Under the pieces are notes generated by a model. It worked only from the letters and a program-made list of their open reading frames with translations, searched no databases and was not told where the DNA came from. DNA of 64,000 nt from an uncultured Parachlamydiaceae bacterium (lineage in GTDB: Bacteria > Chlamydiota > Chlamydiia > Chlamydiales > Parachlamydiaceae). The position numbers and the translations under genes are program-made. The DNA lies in NCBI GenBank assembly GCA_963742415.1, contig CAVULX010000002.1, positions 32,001 through 96,000 on the forward strand. Reading direction: 5' to 3'. Positions 1-9,027 of this stretch are shown piece after piece; within the stretch, counting starts at the first letter, position 1, and the number at the start of each line of letters is the position of its first letter.

Positions 1-691
1 ACGCTTCAGCAGCTTGTTCCATTTCTTTTCGTAATTCCCTGACGACAGCTTTATCTTGCCCGCGCAAAAATTTGATTGTCTTATCGACAAGATTGTCATA
101 CTCTTCTTTGGTGCATTTGTTGACGCAAGGGGCGATGCATCGCTTCATATCATATAAGATGCAAGGACGGGTTCGTCGAATAAACTCTTGATCGGTACAC
201 TGCCTTAAAGGAAAAAGGCGATTCAAAAGATCTAACGTCCCTCGGGCTGCTTGAGCGCTTGTGTAGGGTCCGAAATAGAGGCCATCTGCTGAGGCTTTTC
301 CCCGATACCTTACAAGCTGCAATGTAGGCCACGTCGATTTTATCGTGACTTTCAGAGCGATATACGTTTTGTCATCTTTTAACAAAGCGTTGTATTTGGG
401 GAGATATTCTTTGATTAAATTATTTTCAAGGAGAAGGGCTTCTTTTTCTGAGAGCACTACAATGGTTTCTATGTCATGCACTTGGGTGATAAGAAAAGGA
501 ACCATGAACCGCCCATCGCCCCCTGGTAAAAAGTATTGCCTAAGGCGGGCTCGAAGATTTTTCGCTTTGCCCACATAGAGGACTTTTCCTTCTTTCCCTT
601 TCATTAAATAGACACCGGGCAATTCGGGAAAGAGGGCTGGTCGGAAAGTAAAAGATTTCTGAGAGATGGCTTCTTCTTCGTTATCCACCAT
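1..691 (-). CDS. uvrC: Excinuclease ABC subunit C, N-terminal part (runs off window start)
   Basis: Manual translation from ATG at 691: GIY-YIG motifs PGVYLMK...LYVGKAKNLRARL, EALLLENNLIK..PKYN, YFGPY, and Cys cluster LRQC...RPCILYDMKRCIAPC. Confidence 0.95.
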   Translation of the reverse strand, partial: MVDNEEEAISQKSFTFRPALFPELPGVYLMKGKEGKVLYVGKAKNLRARLRQYFLPGGDGRFMVPFLITQVHDIETIVVLSEKEALLLENNLIKEYLPKYNALLKDDKTYIALKVTIKSTWPTLQLVRYRGKASADGLYFGPYTSAQAARGTLDLLNRLFPLRQCTDQEFIRRTRPCILYDMKRCIAPCVNKCTKEEYDNLVDKTIKFLRGQDKAVVRELRKEMEQAAEA

Positions 692-743
692 AGCCTACTT
701 CTTACAATGATGCAGTCATCCAATGGACAAAATGGACAAAGTT

Positions 744-1793
744 TTAATCGGCACTTTTTTCTTGCAGCGCCAGCTGTCCGCAAGCCGCAGCAATGTCATC
801 CCCTTTAGTATACCGACAAGTGTTAACAATCCTGCAACCATACAAGACACTTCGAAATTGTTTTATTCGCTTCCTATCGGGACGGCGTAATTTAAGACCC
901 TTAACAGGATTATAAGGGATCAGATTTACGGTACATTGCTTACCCTTCAGCAAATGAGCTAATTCAAAGGCATGGTCTGGATGGTCATTAATGCCCGCCA
1001 ACATCGTATACTCATATGTAACATCCCGTTTTGTTTTTTCAGCGTACTCATCCATGGCTATCATTAACAAGTCTAAAGGATATTTGCGAGCATAAGGAAT
1101 AATTTTCTGACGAATATGTTGATTGGGCGCATGCAACGACAATACTAAGCTGACCTTTAAATCTTCCTCAGAGAACCGCTTAATCCCTTCGATAATCCCA
1201 ACAGTTGATATTGTGATGCGCCGCTGCGAGATGTTCAGTCCTTCGGGGCTGCTTAGCAAACGGATCGATTTCACGACTGGATCGTAATTTTTAAAGGGCT
1301 CCCCCATCCCCATATAGACAACATGACTAACTCTTTCCCCTTTAGCGGCCAGCCAAGCGTTGATGCGGACAACCTGTTCGACAATTTCTCCGGGCCTCAA
1401 ATTGCGGAAAAATCCCTGCTTTCCCGAGGCGCAAAAGGCGCACTTAGCCGGACATCCTACCTGCGATGACACACATACAGTACGGCGGGAGCCGGAATAA
1501 ATCAAGACAGATTCAACAAAACTTCCATCCTTCATCTTCCACAGAAACTTCACAGTCTCACGGTCTTGGGATTCAACCACCCGAACTTGCTCCACTGACG
1601 AAAAATGGATCTCATCCTTCAATTTATGGCGAAGTTCTTTGCTCAAATCGCTCATCTCTTCCCAGCAAACCACCCCTTTTTTGTAAACCCAATCGAGGAT
1701 TTGCTTTGCATGAAAATCTTTTTCGTTCCGCTCTATAAGCCAAGAGGCTAGTTCAGATGGATCTAATTCGCAAAATTCAGACATATTCATCAC
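744..1793 (-). CDS. rlmN: Dual-specificity RNA methyltransferase RlmN (radical SAM)
   Basis: CVSSQVGCPAKCAFCASG (CxxxCxxC), MGMGEP, SLHAP, NLIPYN, DIAAACGQL. Confidence 0.95.
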   Translation of the reverse strand: MMNMSEFCELDPSELASWLIERNEKDFHAKQILDWVYKKGVVCWEEMSDLSKELRHKLKDEIHFSSVEQVRVVESQDRETVKFLWKMKDGSFVESVLIYSGSRRTVCVSSQVGCPAKCAFCASGKQGFFRNLRPGEIVEQVVRINAWLAAKGERVSHVVYMGMGEPFKNYDPVVKSIRLLSSPEGLNISQRRITISTVGIIEGIKRFSEEDLKVSLVLSLHAPNQHIRQKIIPYARKYPLDLLMIAMDEYAEKTKRDVTYEYTMLAGINDHPDHAFELAHLLKGKQCTVNLIPYNPVKGLKLRRPDRKRIKQFRSVLYGCRIVNTCRYTKGDDIAAACGQLALQEKSAD

Positions 1794-2107
1794 ACATCAT
1801 ATATTAAATTTTATGTGTTTAAATAGTAGCAAAACGAAAATTATTTTTCCATGATTTAATACAAAGAATAATAAACGATTTGGGCTTGACTAATATTATA
1901 ATCTTCGTAAATCATTAGCGGGACTTTAACTATTGCAAAGCAGAAAACGGCTGCTTTCATCGAGAGGGCTTGGGCCTAATTCAAGAAAGAGCTCGATGAA
2001 ATTTAATAATTCAGTTAGAGTTGTAAATCTTCTCTCCTTGGTTTCAAGTCATGGGAGAAGAAAGTGTTAACGATTTATTAATCTCTAAACTTTTACGGAG
2101 AACCACA

Positions 2108-2563
2108 ATGTTGAAACGCATTTTTTGCCTTGCCGCATTATCAGCCCTTGCAACTGTAAGTTCTTTTGCTGATGACACTAATGAAAATAAATCTTCAGAA
2201 CAAAATGAAACAGTTCTTGGATGTTCATGTGGAAAAGATAAGAAAAAAGATTCTGACAGCGAAGGAAAGGGAAGACCAGAGAGAGTTTTTCTAGCTCAAA
2301 ATGAGGAAGATAACAACGAAGAAGGAAAATCTGAAGACAAACTTCTTGCGGATAGCGAAGAAAACAACAACGAGATCATCAAATCTGAAGACAAACTTCT
2401 GGCTTGCGAAGAAGGAAATTCCGAAGATAAGTCTGTTGAGCATGATACCCTTGCTACTCGATACAAATGCAAATGCCCTTTTCTTGAAAAAGAAGAGAAT
2501 AACAATAACGATGCTCAAAGCAGCGAATCAAACGATGCAGAAAAACCTGCATTGATCGCTTAA
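2108..2563 (+). CDS. Secreted acidic repeat protein with two CxC motifs, function unknown
   Basis: ATG 2108 preceded by GGAG; signal peptide MLKRIFCLAALSALATVSSFA; repeats KSEDKLLA x2 plus SEDKSV; followed by a terminator. Confidence 0.8.
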   Translation: MLKRIFCLAALSALATVSSFADDTNENKSSEQNETVLGCSCGKDKKKDSDSEGKGRPERVFLAQNEEDNNEEGKSEDKLLADSEENNNEIIKSEDKLLACEEGNSEDKSVEHDTLATRYKCKCPFLEKEENNNNDAQSSESNDAEKPALIA

Positions 2564-2596
2564 TTCTGTTATCGTTGGTTTGATTCTACTCAGTTC

Positions 2597-2622
2597 ACGG
2601 CAGACTCTCGTCTGCCGTTTTG
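2597..2622 (+). terminator. Intrinsic terminator
   Basis: ACGGCAGAC-tctc-GTCTGCCGT stem followed by TTT, between convergent genes. Confidence 0.75.
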
Positions 2623-2650
2623 CTTTTCAAAGACAATCCAAGATGTCCCC

Positions 2651-3514
2651 TCATCGCCCGACAAACGCATGCTTGATGCTTCTAAACCACAGCTTGCCGA
2701 AACGGATCATATCTTTTTGTATAAACAGCCACACAACTGTAGCTTTGAGACCAAAATAGTTGAAAATGGTGCGCATGGTTTCCCAAAAGTGGCACACGAT
2801 CATCTGCTTTGTAACTAATCGCAAGTCATAATCGGTCAATACCCATGTGGTTGAAATAGCCCTCATATGGCTTTTCAAACAGAACCTGCAAAGAAATTCA
2901 TATCCTCCCCTCAAATTATAAGTCGTATTAAACTTCCCAAGAACATCAAAAACATCCCCCCTAAACCACATCGATTGCAGACTGGTTGGCTGCTGCCCTT
3001 TTCGCAACAATCTCAGCGACAAATGTCTTCTCAAAATCTTGACCTCAGACTTCCCATCTCTGAGAAGGGTACCACAAAAAATCAAATGGGGTTTTTTCCC
3101 TTCCACCGCAAGGCCCATCATATGCTTTAACGTCTCTCGAGAAATATAATAGTCCCCGGGAAAAAGAAGATTGATGTAATCTCCTGCGGCTTGTGTAATT
3201 CCCTTATTCAGCATTTCATAGCGTTGATAACCTGAAACTGAATAAATCGATATCCTCTCATGATGGAACCCTTTGACCACCTCCACGGTGCGATCCATCG
3301 ACCCCCCATCCACGATAATGATTTCATAATCGGGATATTCTTGATTTAGAATGCTTTCTAATGTGACCGTAATGGATTGAGCACAATTAAAAGTGGGAAT
3401 GATAATGCTCACTTTAGGAAGTTCATAGTCTTTGAGCTCATTAACTTTAGATAATTCGGTCAAGGCTTCATCGATCTCTTGATCCGGGGGTTTTAATTTA
3501 ATTTTGGATTTCAT
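2651..3514 (-). CDS. Glycosyltransferase family 2
   Basis: KVSIIIPTFN...EIIIVDGGSMD...NKGITQAAGDYI GT-A fold motifs. Confidence 0.9.
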   Translation of the reverse strand: MKSKIKLKPPDQEIDEALTELSKVNELKDYELPKVSIIIPTFNCAQSITVTLESILNQEYPDYEIIIVDGGSMDRTVEVVKGFHHERISIYSVSGYQRYEMLNKGITQAAGDYINLLFPGDYYISRETLKHMMGLAVEGKKPHLIFCGTLLRDGKSEVKILRRHLSLRLLRKGQQPTSLQSMWFRGDVFDVLGKFNTTYNLRGGYEFLCRFCLKSHMRAISTTWVLTDYDLRLVTKQMIVCHFWETMRTIFNYFGLKATVVWLFIQKDMIRFGKLWFRSIKHAFVGR

Positions 3515-3619
3515 AACTGAATCTTAGAAAATAACCCCTTTTTACGCAAAGGAGTGTTGAGAGATAAATCTTGGATCATTTACCATTGAAGGACTTAGCT
3601 ATCATTTTTGGAGAACCCG

Positions 3620-6600
3620 ATGTTAACTTTTCAACGGATGCTGCAAAAGCTCGAACAGTTTTGGGAACAGCAAGGATGCCTCATTCACCACGGTTACGAC
3701 CTTGAAGTAGGCGCTGGAACATTTAACCCTGCAACCTTTTTCCGCAGCTTAGGTCCTGAACCCTATAAGGCGTTTTACATCGAACCCTGCCGCCGCCCTT
3801 CCGATGGCCGCTATGGAACAAATCCGAACCGCATCCAACATTACTTTCAATGCCAAGTCATTCTAAAACCATCCCCAGAGAATATTCAAGACCTTTGCCT
3901 GCAATCCTTAGAAGCCCTTGGTTTTGACCTAAAAGCCCACGACATCCGCTTTGTCCACGATGATTGGGAGTCCCCTACCCTCGGGGCCTGGGGGCTTGGC
4001 TGGGAAATTTGGATGGATGGAATGGAAGTCACCCAGTTTACTTATTTCCAAAGCGTGGCAGGATTAAATCTAAAGCCTATCACAGGGGAAATCACTTACG
4101 GCTTAGAGCGGCTAGCCACATACCTGCAAGATGTCAACAGCATCTTCGACATAAAATACAACGATTACCTCACTTACGGGGACATTTATCACCGCAATGA
4201 AGTTGAATGGAGCCATTACAACTTTGAAAAAGCCTCTGTAGACATGTGGCAAAGGCAGTTCCAAGATTATGAAAAAGAAGTAATCCGCTTGATTAAAGAG
4301 GGCTTGCCTATCCCTGCTTACGATTTTGTCATCAAAGCTTCCCACGCCTTTAACATCCTAGAGTCAAGGGGGGTCATCTCTGTTACAGAGAGAACAGGCT
4401 ACATTGCAAGAATCCGGGACTTAGCCTGTCAAGTCGCTTCTAGTTACCTCAAAAATAGGGAACAACAGGGATTCCCACTCCTCAAAAAGTGGCCTAAAGA
4501 GGAAAGGGTAGCAGCCGCAGAGAAGGCTATCCTCCACCCAAGCTTATTAGAGGCGACACCCGAAAAAACCGAGAACTTCCTCATGGAAATCGGATCGGAA
4601 GAATTACCGGCCTCCTTCGTCACTATCGGTTGCCAAAACCTAGAAAAAGCCATCAGACAAATTCTAGACAACGAAGGGATCCCTTACAGTTCTGTCAAAA
4701 CATTTGGAACTTCACGGCGGCTAGCTGTCTATGTCGAAAACCTAGCAATGGCTAAACCAGCTCAAACGCTTGAGAAAAGGGGCCCTTCCATTGGGCAAGC
4801 CTACGATGACGAGGGGAAACTCAAACCCGCTGGCGAAGGCTTTTTCCGTTCATTAAATCTGCCCGCTCCCACTTTAAACGAACTACGTTCCGGTCAATCT
4901 TCCCATTTTTCCATCCAGCAAGTCAAAGGAACCGATTACATCTTCGCAACGGTTCATCATCCTGGAAAATCGACAGCTGCGATCCTTTCCGAACAGCTTC
5001 CCGCACTTATTTTAAGTTTGGACTTCCCTAAAAAAATGCGTTGGTCCGATCTCGATATTGCCTTTGCCCGCCCCATACACTGGATCGTCGCTCTCTACGG
5101 CCAGTATGTGATCCCCTTTTCTATTGGAGAGATCTATTCTGGGAAAAACTCCTTTGGACACCGGCAGCTTAGCCCAAAAACTTTTACCATCGCCAACGCA
5201 CAAGATTATGTTTCCGCCTTAAAAAAGCACCATGTCATGGTCGATATTGCCGAAAGGAAGCAACAGATTCTCGGTCAAATCGATTCCCTGGAGCAGCAGT
5301 TGCAAGCCCAAATTATCGCTAGAGAACAGGTGCTCCCTCAAGTGGTCAATATGGTCGAATGGCCCTATCTTACCTACGCCAATTTTGATGAAACATTTCT
5401 CAAGGCACCCAAGGAAGTGCTAATCTCTGAAATGGTCGAACACCAAAAGTACTTTCCCGTCGCTAACAAAGACGGCTCACTCAAAAACTTGTTTATTATT
5501 ACAGGCAATGTTCCTGCTTCAGATACAATAAGAAAAGGGAATCAAAAAGCGATATCTCCTCGCCTAAACGACGGGGTCTTTTTATACGAACAAGGCCTAA
5601 AAGTTCCATTAGAACATTACAATGAAAAGCTCAAGCATGTCACTTTCCAAAAGGAATTGGGCTCTGTTTATGACAAAGTGCAAAGGATCTCAAAAAATGC
5701 CGCAATTTTACAAAAACATCTTTGGATAAACTCTCCTCAAAAGGTTCAACGAGCTGCATCCCTTTGCAAAGCAGACCTAGCTACCGAAATGGTTTTTGAA
5801 TTTCCTGAACTCCAAGGGATCATCGGTCGTTACTACGCATCCGCTCAAAAAGAAGACCCCGAAGTTGCTCAAGCAATTGAGGAGCATTGGATGCCGCGCG
5901 GTGAAAAAACACCTTTGCCTGAAAGCGGTACAGGGATCATTTTAAGCCTTGCAGATAAAATCGATAACCTTCTCAGCTGCTACTCCGCCAATTTAAAGCC
6001 AACCTCATCCAGCGATCCCTATGCCTTGCGGCGGCAATCATTAGGCCTCATCAAAATCATCATTCGAGGGCAATACCGCCTTCCTTACATGGAAATTTTT
6101 AAGGAATGCTTCAAGGCTTTCCCTCAAGTACCTGCAAATCAAGAGCTAATTTTAAAGGAAATAGAAACTTTTATCGTCAATAGGGTAAAAACGGTTTTTT
6201 TGGATTACGATCTCAACAAAGATGAAATTGAAGCAGGCCTTTCTTTTGGCTTTACCGATATCTATGATGCATTCTGTAAAGTGCAAGCCTTGCACGATTT
6301 CCGACTTAACAATCCCAAATTTCCCCTCCTTTTCGAAGTCTACAAAAGAGCTAAAGGGCAAATTAACGACCAAGCCCCTCTCCCTTTTTCCCAAAAACTT
6401 CTCAAGGAAAATGCCGAAATCGAACTAAACCATGCTTTGAACTCTACTGAAAGCCATTTTGAGCAAGCGATAAAGTCTCATGACTATCAACAAGCTTACG
6501 AACTCATCGCCAACATTCAACCTGGCTTGGCATCCCTTTTTGATCATGTCAAAATTCTGGCCGATGATTCTTCATTACGCAACAACCGGATCGCCCTGTT

Positions 6601-6664
6601 GCAACGTGTATTTCGCCTATTTTCCCAATTACTCGACTTCAGCAAAATCCAAGTTTCAGGATAG
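3620..6664 (+). CDS. glyQS: Fused glycyl-tRNA synthetase alpha/beta (chlamydial type)
   Basis: Alpha motifs [33 protein letters not shown] fused to beta motifs [23 protein letters not shown] 3620 with GGAG. Confidence 0.97.
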   Translation: MLTFQRMLQKLEQFWEQQGCLIHHGYDLEVGAGTFNPATFFRSLGPEPYKAFYIEPCRRPSDGRYGTNPNRIQHYFQCQVILKPSPENIQDLCLQSLEALGFDLKAHDIRFVHDDWESPTLGAWGLGWEIWMDGMEVTQFTYFQSVAGLNLKPITGEITYGLERLATYLQDVNSIFDIKYNDYLTYGDIYHRNEVEWSHYNFEKASVDMWQRQFQDYEKEVIRLIKEGLPIPAYDFVIKASHAFNILESRGVISVTERTGYIARIRDLACQVASSYLKNREQQGFPLLKKWPKEERVAAAEKAILHPSLLEATPEKTENFLMEIGSEELPASFVTIGCQNLEKAIRQILDNEGIPYSSVKTFGTSRRLAVYVENLAMAKPAQTLEKRGPSIGQAYDDEGKLKPAGEGFFRSLNLPAPTLNELRSGQSSHFSIQQVKGTDYIFATVHHPGKSTAAILSEQLPALILSLDFPKKMRWSDLDIAFARPIHWIVALYGQYVIPFSIGEIYSGKNSFGHRQLSPKTFTIANAQDYVSALKKHHVMVDIAERKQQILGQIDSLEQQLQAQIIAREQVLPQVVNMVEWPYLTYANFDETFLKAPKEVLISEMVEHQKYFPVANKDGSLKNLFIITGNVPASDTIRKGNQKAISPRLNDGVFLYEQGLKVPLEHYNEKLKHVTFQKELGSVYDKVQRISKNAAILQKHLWINSPQKVQRAASLCKADLATEMVFEFPELQGIIGRYYASAQKEDPEVAQAIEEHWMPRGEKTPLPESGTGIILSLADKIDNLLSCYSANLKPTSSSDPYALRRQSLGLIKIIIRGQYRLPYMEIFKECFKAFPQVPANQELILKEIETFIVNRVKTVFLDYDLNKDEIEAGLSFGFTDIYDAFCKVQALHDFRLNNPKFPLLFEVYKRAKGQINDQAPLPFSQKLLKENAEIELNHALNSTESHFEQAIKSHDYQQAYELIANIQPGLASLFDHVKILADDSSLRNNRIALLQRVFRLFSQLLDFSKIQVSG

Positions 6665-6688
6665 GGGTCTAAATTTTTAGAAAAAAAA

Positions 6689-7900
6689 TTAAAATTGATA
6701 AATAATATTGAGGCAATACCCTTTATATTTTTTTTGCCCATACTGATAAGCAAACCCAAGGGAAAGGCAATCATAATCTAAGCAGGGATTTACTTGGGTG
6801 ATAAGTAAAGCAGCACCCACTTCATCATAATGCCTGATAAATAAGCCTCCGCTTGTAAAGTAAGAATCGATAAAAGATAAACTAAAATTTATGTTCCTTC
6901 CACAAACCGTATACCAGTCGCATGATGTAATGGCTAAACCATTCTTGATCACATAGCTTTGTTGATGATAGTTAAAATTGACCCCTGTCAGCCAAAAATT
7001 AGTCGAACTAAAATACGCCCCATAATTGGTCATCGCAAAGACATAATCCCATAATTTGAGGTTGTACATACTTGTCACTCCAAAAGAAACAAATGACCCC
7101 GATGTACATAGGTCCAAAGTGCCGCCAGCACCACATCGGAATATCGGAGTCAATGACCAATTGCATGTCATCGGAACACGTAAGCCGAGCCCCACTGTCC
7201 CAAAAAAAGAGGAGGCTCCCCCATTCCTAAAATAAACTGCTGGGGCATCGAGAATTAGTGCCCAGTCGAGATCCGGCGAATAAGAATAACGAGCAGGAAT
7301 GGTCACCGTTGACGTTTCAAATTCATCTGAAAACGCCCTGCAACCTTCCACACCCACTTGAAACTGATGCACAATAGGCTGAGCTCTCCAACAGCAATCA
7401 CATCCGCTAAAGGGGGACAATCGACCTAACAAATAGTCCGCTTGAGCCATTTGAGACATTAAGCTATTTGGATTCCCTGCAATCGGATCTATAGGCGAAA
7501 ATTTAGCGTACGCCTTTAAGAGCCCATGTTTGGGTCCCTCATCTCTGATAAACTCTTTTAAAAGTCCGAGGCTTTCCTCTCTCGTGGCCCCCTGAAATGT
7601 CTGGGTACTTCCCGTTTGTGGAATTTCCACAAGCAATGTTGTTGAATTTGCCGGAAACGAGGTTAAAACATCGATTCCCCTTAAATTGATATCGATCGAA
7701 ACAGGGGATGTTGGGGTATAAAAAGGGATAAGCGCTTGTATGCTTGAGCTTTTCAAATCTCTCTTTAAGTCCACTAAATTCGGAGCGCTCACAGTTGCAC
7801 TGGTTGCATCCACCGTCACTGTCGCGTGATAGGGCTCCCTTGCAAAAAGGCAAGAGCCATGCAAAATGAGGACGAAAATAATAAACCAAGTTTTGCCCAT
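6689..7900 (-). CDS. Putative outer-membrane beta-barrel protein, unknown family
   Basis: Signal peptide from ATG 7900 (GGAG upstream); Gly/aromatic-rich amphipathic strands; C-terminal ...LNIIYQF. Confidence 0.6.
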   Translation of the reverse strand: MGKTWFIIFVLILHGSCLFAREPYHATVTVDATSATVSAPNLVDLKRDLKSSSIQALIPFYTPTSPVSIDINLRGIDVLTSFPANSTTLLVEIPQTGSTQTFQGATREESLGLLKEFIRDEGPKHGLLKAYAKFSPIDPIAGNPNSLMSQMAQADYLLGRLSPFSGCDCCWRAQPIVHQFQVGVEGCRAFSDEFETSTVTIPARYSYSPDLDWALILDAPAVYFRNGGASSFFGTVGLGLRVPMTCNWSLTPIFRCGAGGTLDLCTSGSFVSFGVTSMYNLKLWDYVFAMTNYGAYFSSTNFWLTGVNFNYHQQSYVIKNGLAITSCDWYTVCGRNINFSLSFIDSYFTSGGLFIRHYDEVGAALLITQVNPCLDYDCLSLGFAYQYGQKKYKGYCLNIIYQF

Positions 7901-8169
7901 GTGTGCTCCCCCAACCACTAAATTTATTGTAAAAAATGGAGGTATATCAGATCGGTGCATCAAATTCATTAAAAAAAAATTTAGTTTGAAAAATAATGCG
8001 GTTACTATCAGAAAAATTAAAACTTGCCGCCTCTGTGTAAGCGTCTAAAATTAACCGCTTCTAGGGTGCGTGCCAACTTCTAAGGATGTCTATACGTTTA
8101 CCAGAGCGCATCGGAGGACTACTCTATTAAAGTAGTCCATACTCTTCAATCGTATGACTTTTTAAAAAC

Positions 8170-8535
8170 TTACGTTTGACGGTTGTTGCAAATTTGTTCA
8201 CATTTATTTATGAGATTTTTATTGGCAAAATCTGGATTTTGCGAAACTAAATCTATAAACAAGAAAGCTCCAGAACTCAGCATCACAAAGCTATTGAAAA
8301 GAAGTCCCGTTTTAACACATGTCCATTCTCTTGTACGCTTTTCTTTATTTGTGATCAGTTCTTCATCGGTTTGTTGGGAAAATTTATCTTTTACATAGTC
8401 AGCGATGATATAGCTAATTTGAATTAGGCCTGCACCAACATTAAAAGCAGTCAGTACTGCTCCAGGAATGATTAAAGATGAATCAGTTACTCGAAAATCA
8501 TTATAACAATTGATTACACAATTTGGATTAGACAT
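8170..8535 (-). CDS. Small hypothetical membrane protein with two hydrophobic segments
   Basis: ATG preceded by AGGAGG; hydrophobic stretches LIIPGAVLTAFNVGAGLIQISYII and GLLFNSFVMLSSGAFLFIDLV. Confidence 0.65.
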   Translation of the reverse strand: MSNPNCVINCYNDFRVTDSSLIIPGAVLTAFNVGAGLIQISYIIADYVKDKFSQQTDEELITNKEKRTREWTCVKTGLLFNSFVMLSSGAFLFIDLVSQNPDFANKNLINKCEQICNNRQT

Positions 8536-8664
8536 GTTACTTCCTCCTATTTGTTTCTAGCAACGAATAAACGAATAACATAAAAGAATTTTTTTTTACA
8601 GAGGCTATCAATAAAATAACATTACGAGCAGTCCTTAGCCTTCAAGATTGTTTGCTGTAAAGTT

Positions 8665-9027
8665 TTATGTTTTCATTTTTAGAATAGATTTACAGATGGC
8701 ATCGAATCGAAAGTAGTTAATAAAGTGATCGCTATCAGCAATTTTTTTCTGTTCAGAAACTCCAGCTCGTTCTGCTAAATGATCTTGCTGACTTAGAAAT
8801 TGATTACGCTCTTCGGCGTCCTGAATTGGGCGCCCCTCCATATTTTCCTTTAAAGCTGTAAGCACAATCATTGGACATGGGATTGGTTTATTATTTTGTT
8901 TTTGCTTAAGTTCTAAAGTTTCCGTCAAAAAATTAGCACTCTGAACAAAAAGAGCTTGTTCTCTCAAGTTAGTGCTTTCATGAGTCGTTTTACTTGCAAT
9001 CCGAGGATTCTGGGACCAACCCAGAGG
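8665..9027 (-). pseudogene. Probable C-terminal remnant of an alpha/beta hydrolase
   Basis: PCPMIVLTA ... KKIADSDHFINY..DAI resembles the final strands and catalytic-His loop of alpha/beta hydrolases; no ATG start or nucleophile motif; frame open up to the RND gene stop. Confidence 0.5.

Noticed and set aside
722-741. Direct repeat AATGGACAAA x2
   Set aside because: Two short copies only; no supportable function
1937-2001. Resemblance to SAM-I (ATCGAGAG...GATGAA) or c-di-GMP-I (GCAAA...GGCCTAA) riboswitch
   Set aside because: Too short for SAM-I and lacks its GCAACC/GTGC core; lacks the GACGCAAA junction of c-di-GMP-I
744-3514. RlmN + peptide + GT2 as a RiPP cluster
   Set aside because: The radical SAM has all RlmN-specific motifs, and the three genes are divergent/convergent rather than operonic
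8116-8138. Hairpin GGACTACT-N7-AGTAGTCC
   Set aside because: No U-tract on either strand; cannot be called a terminator or operator
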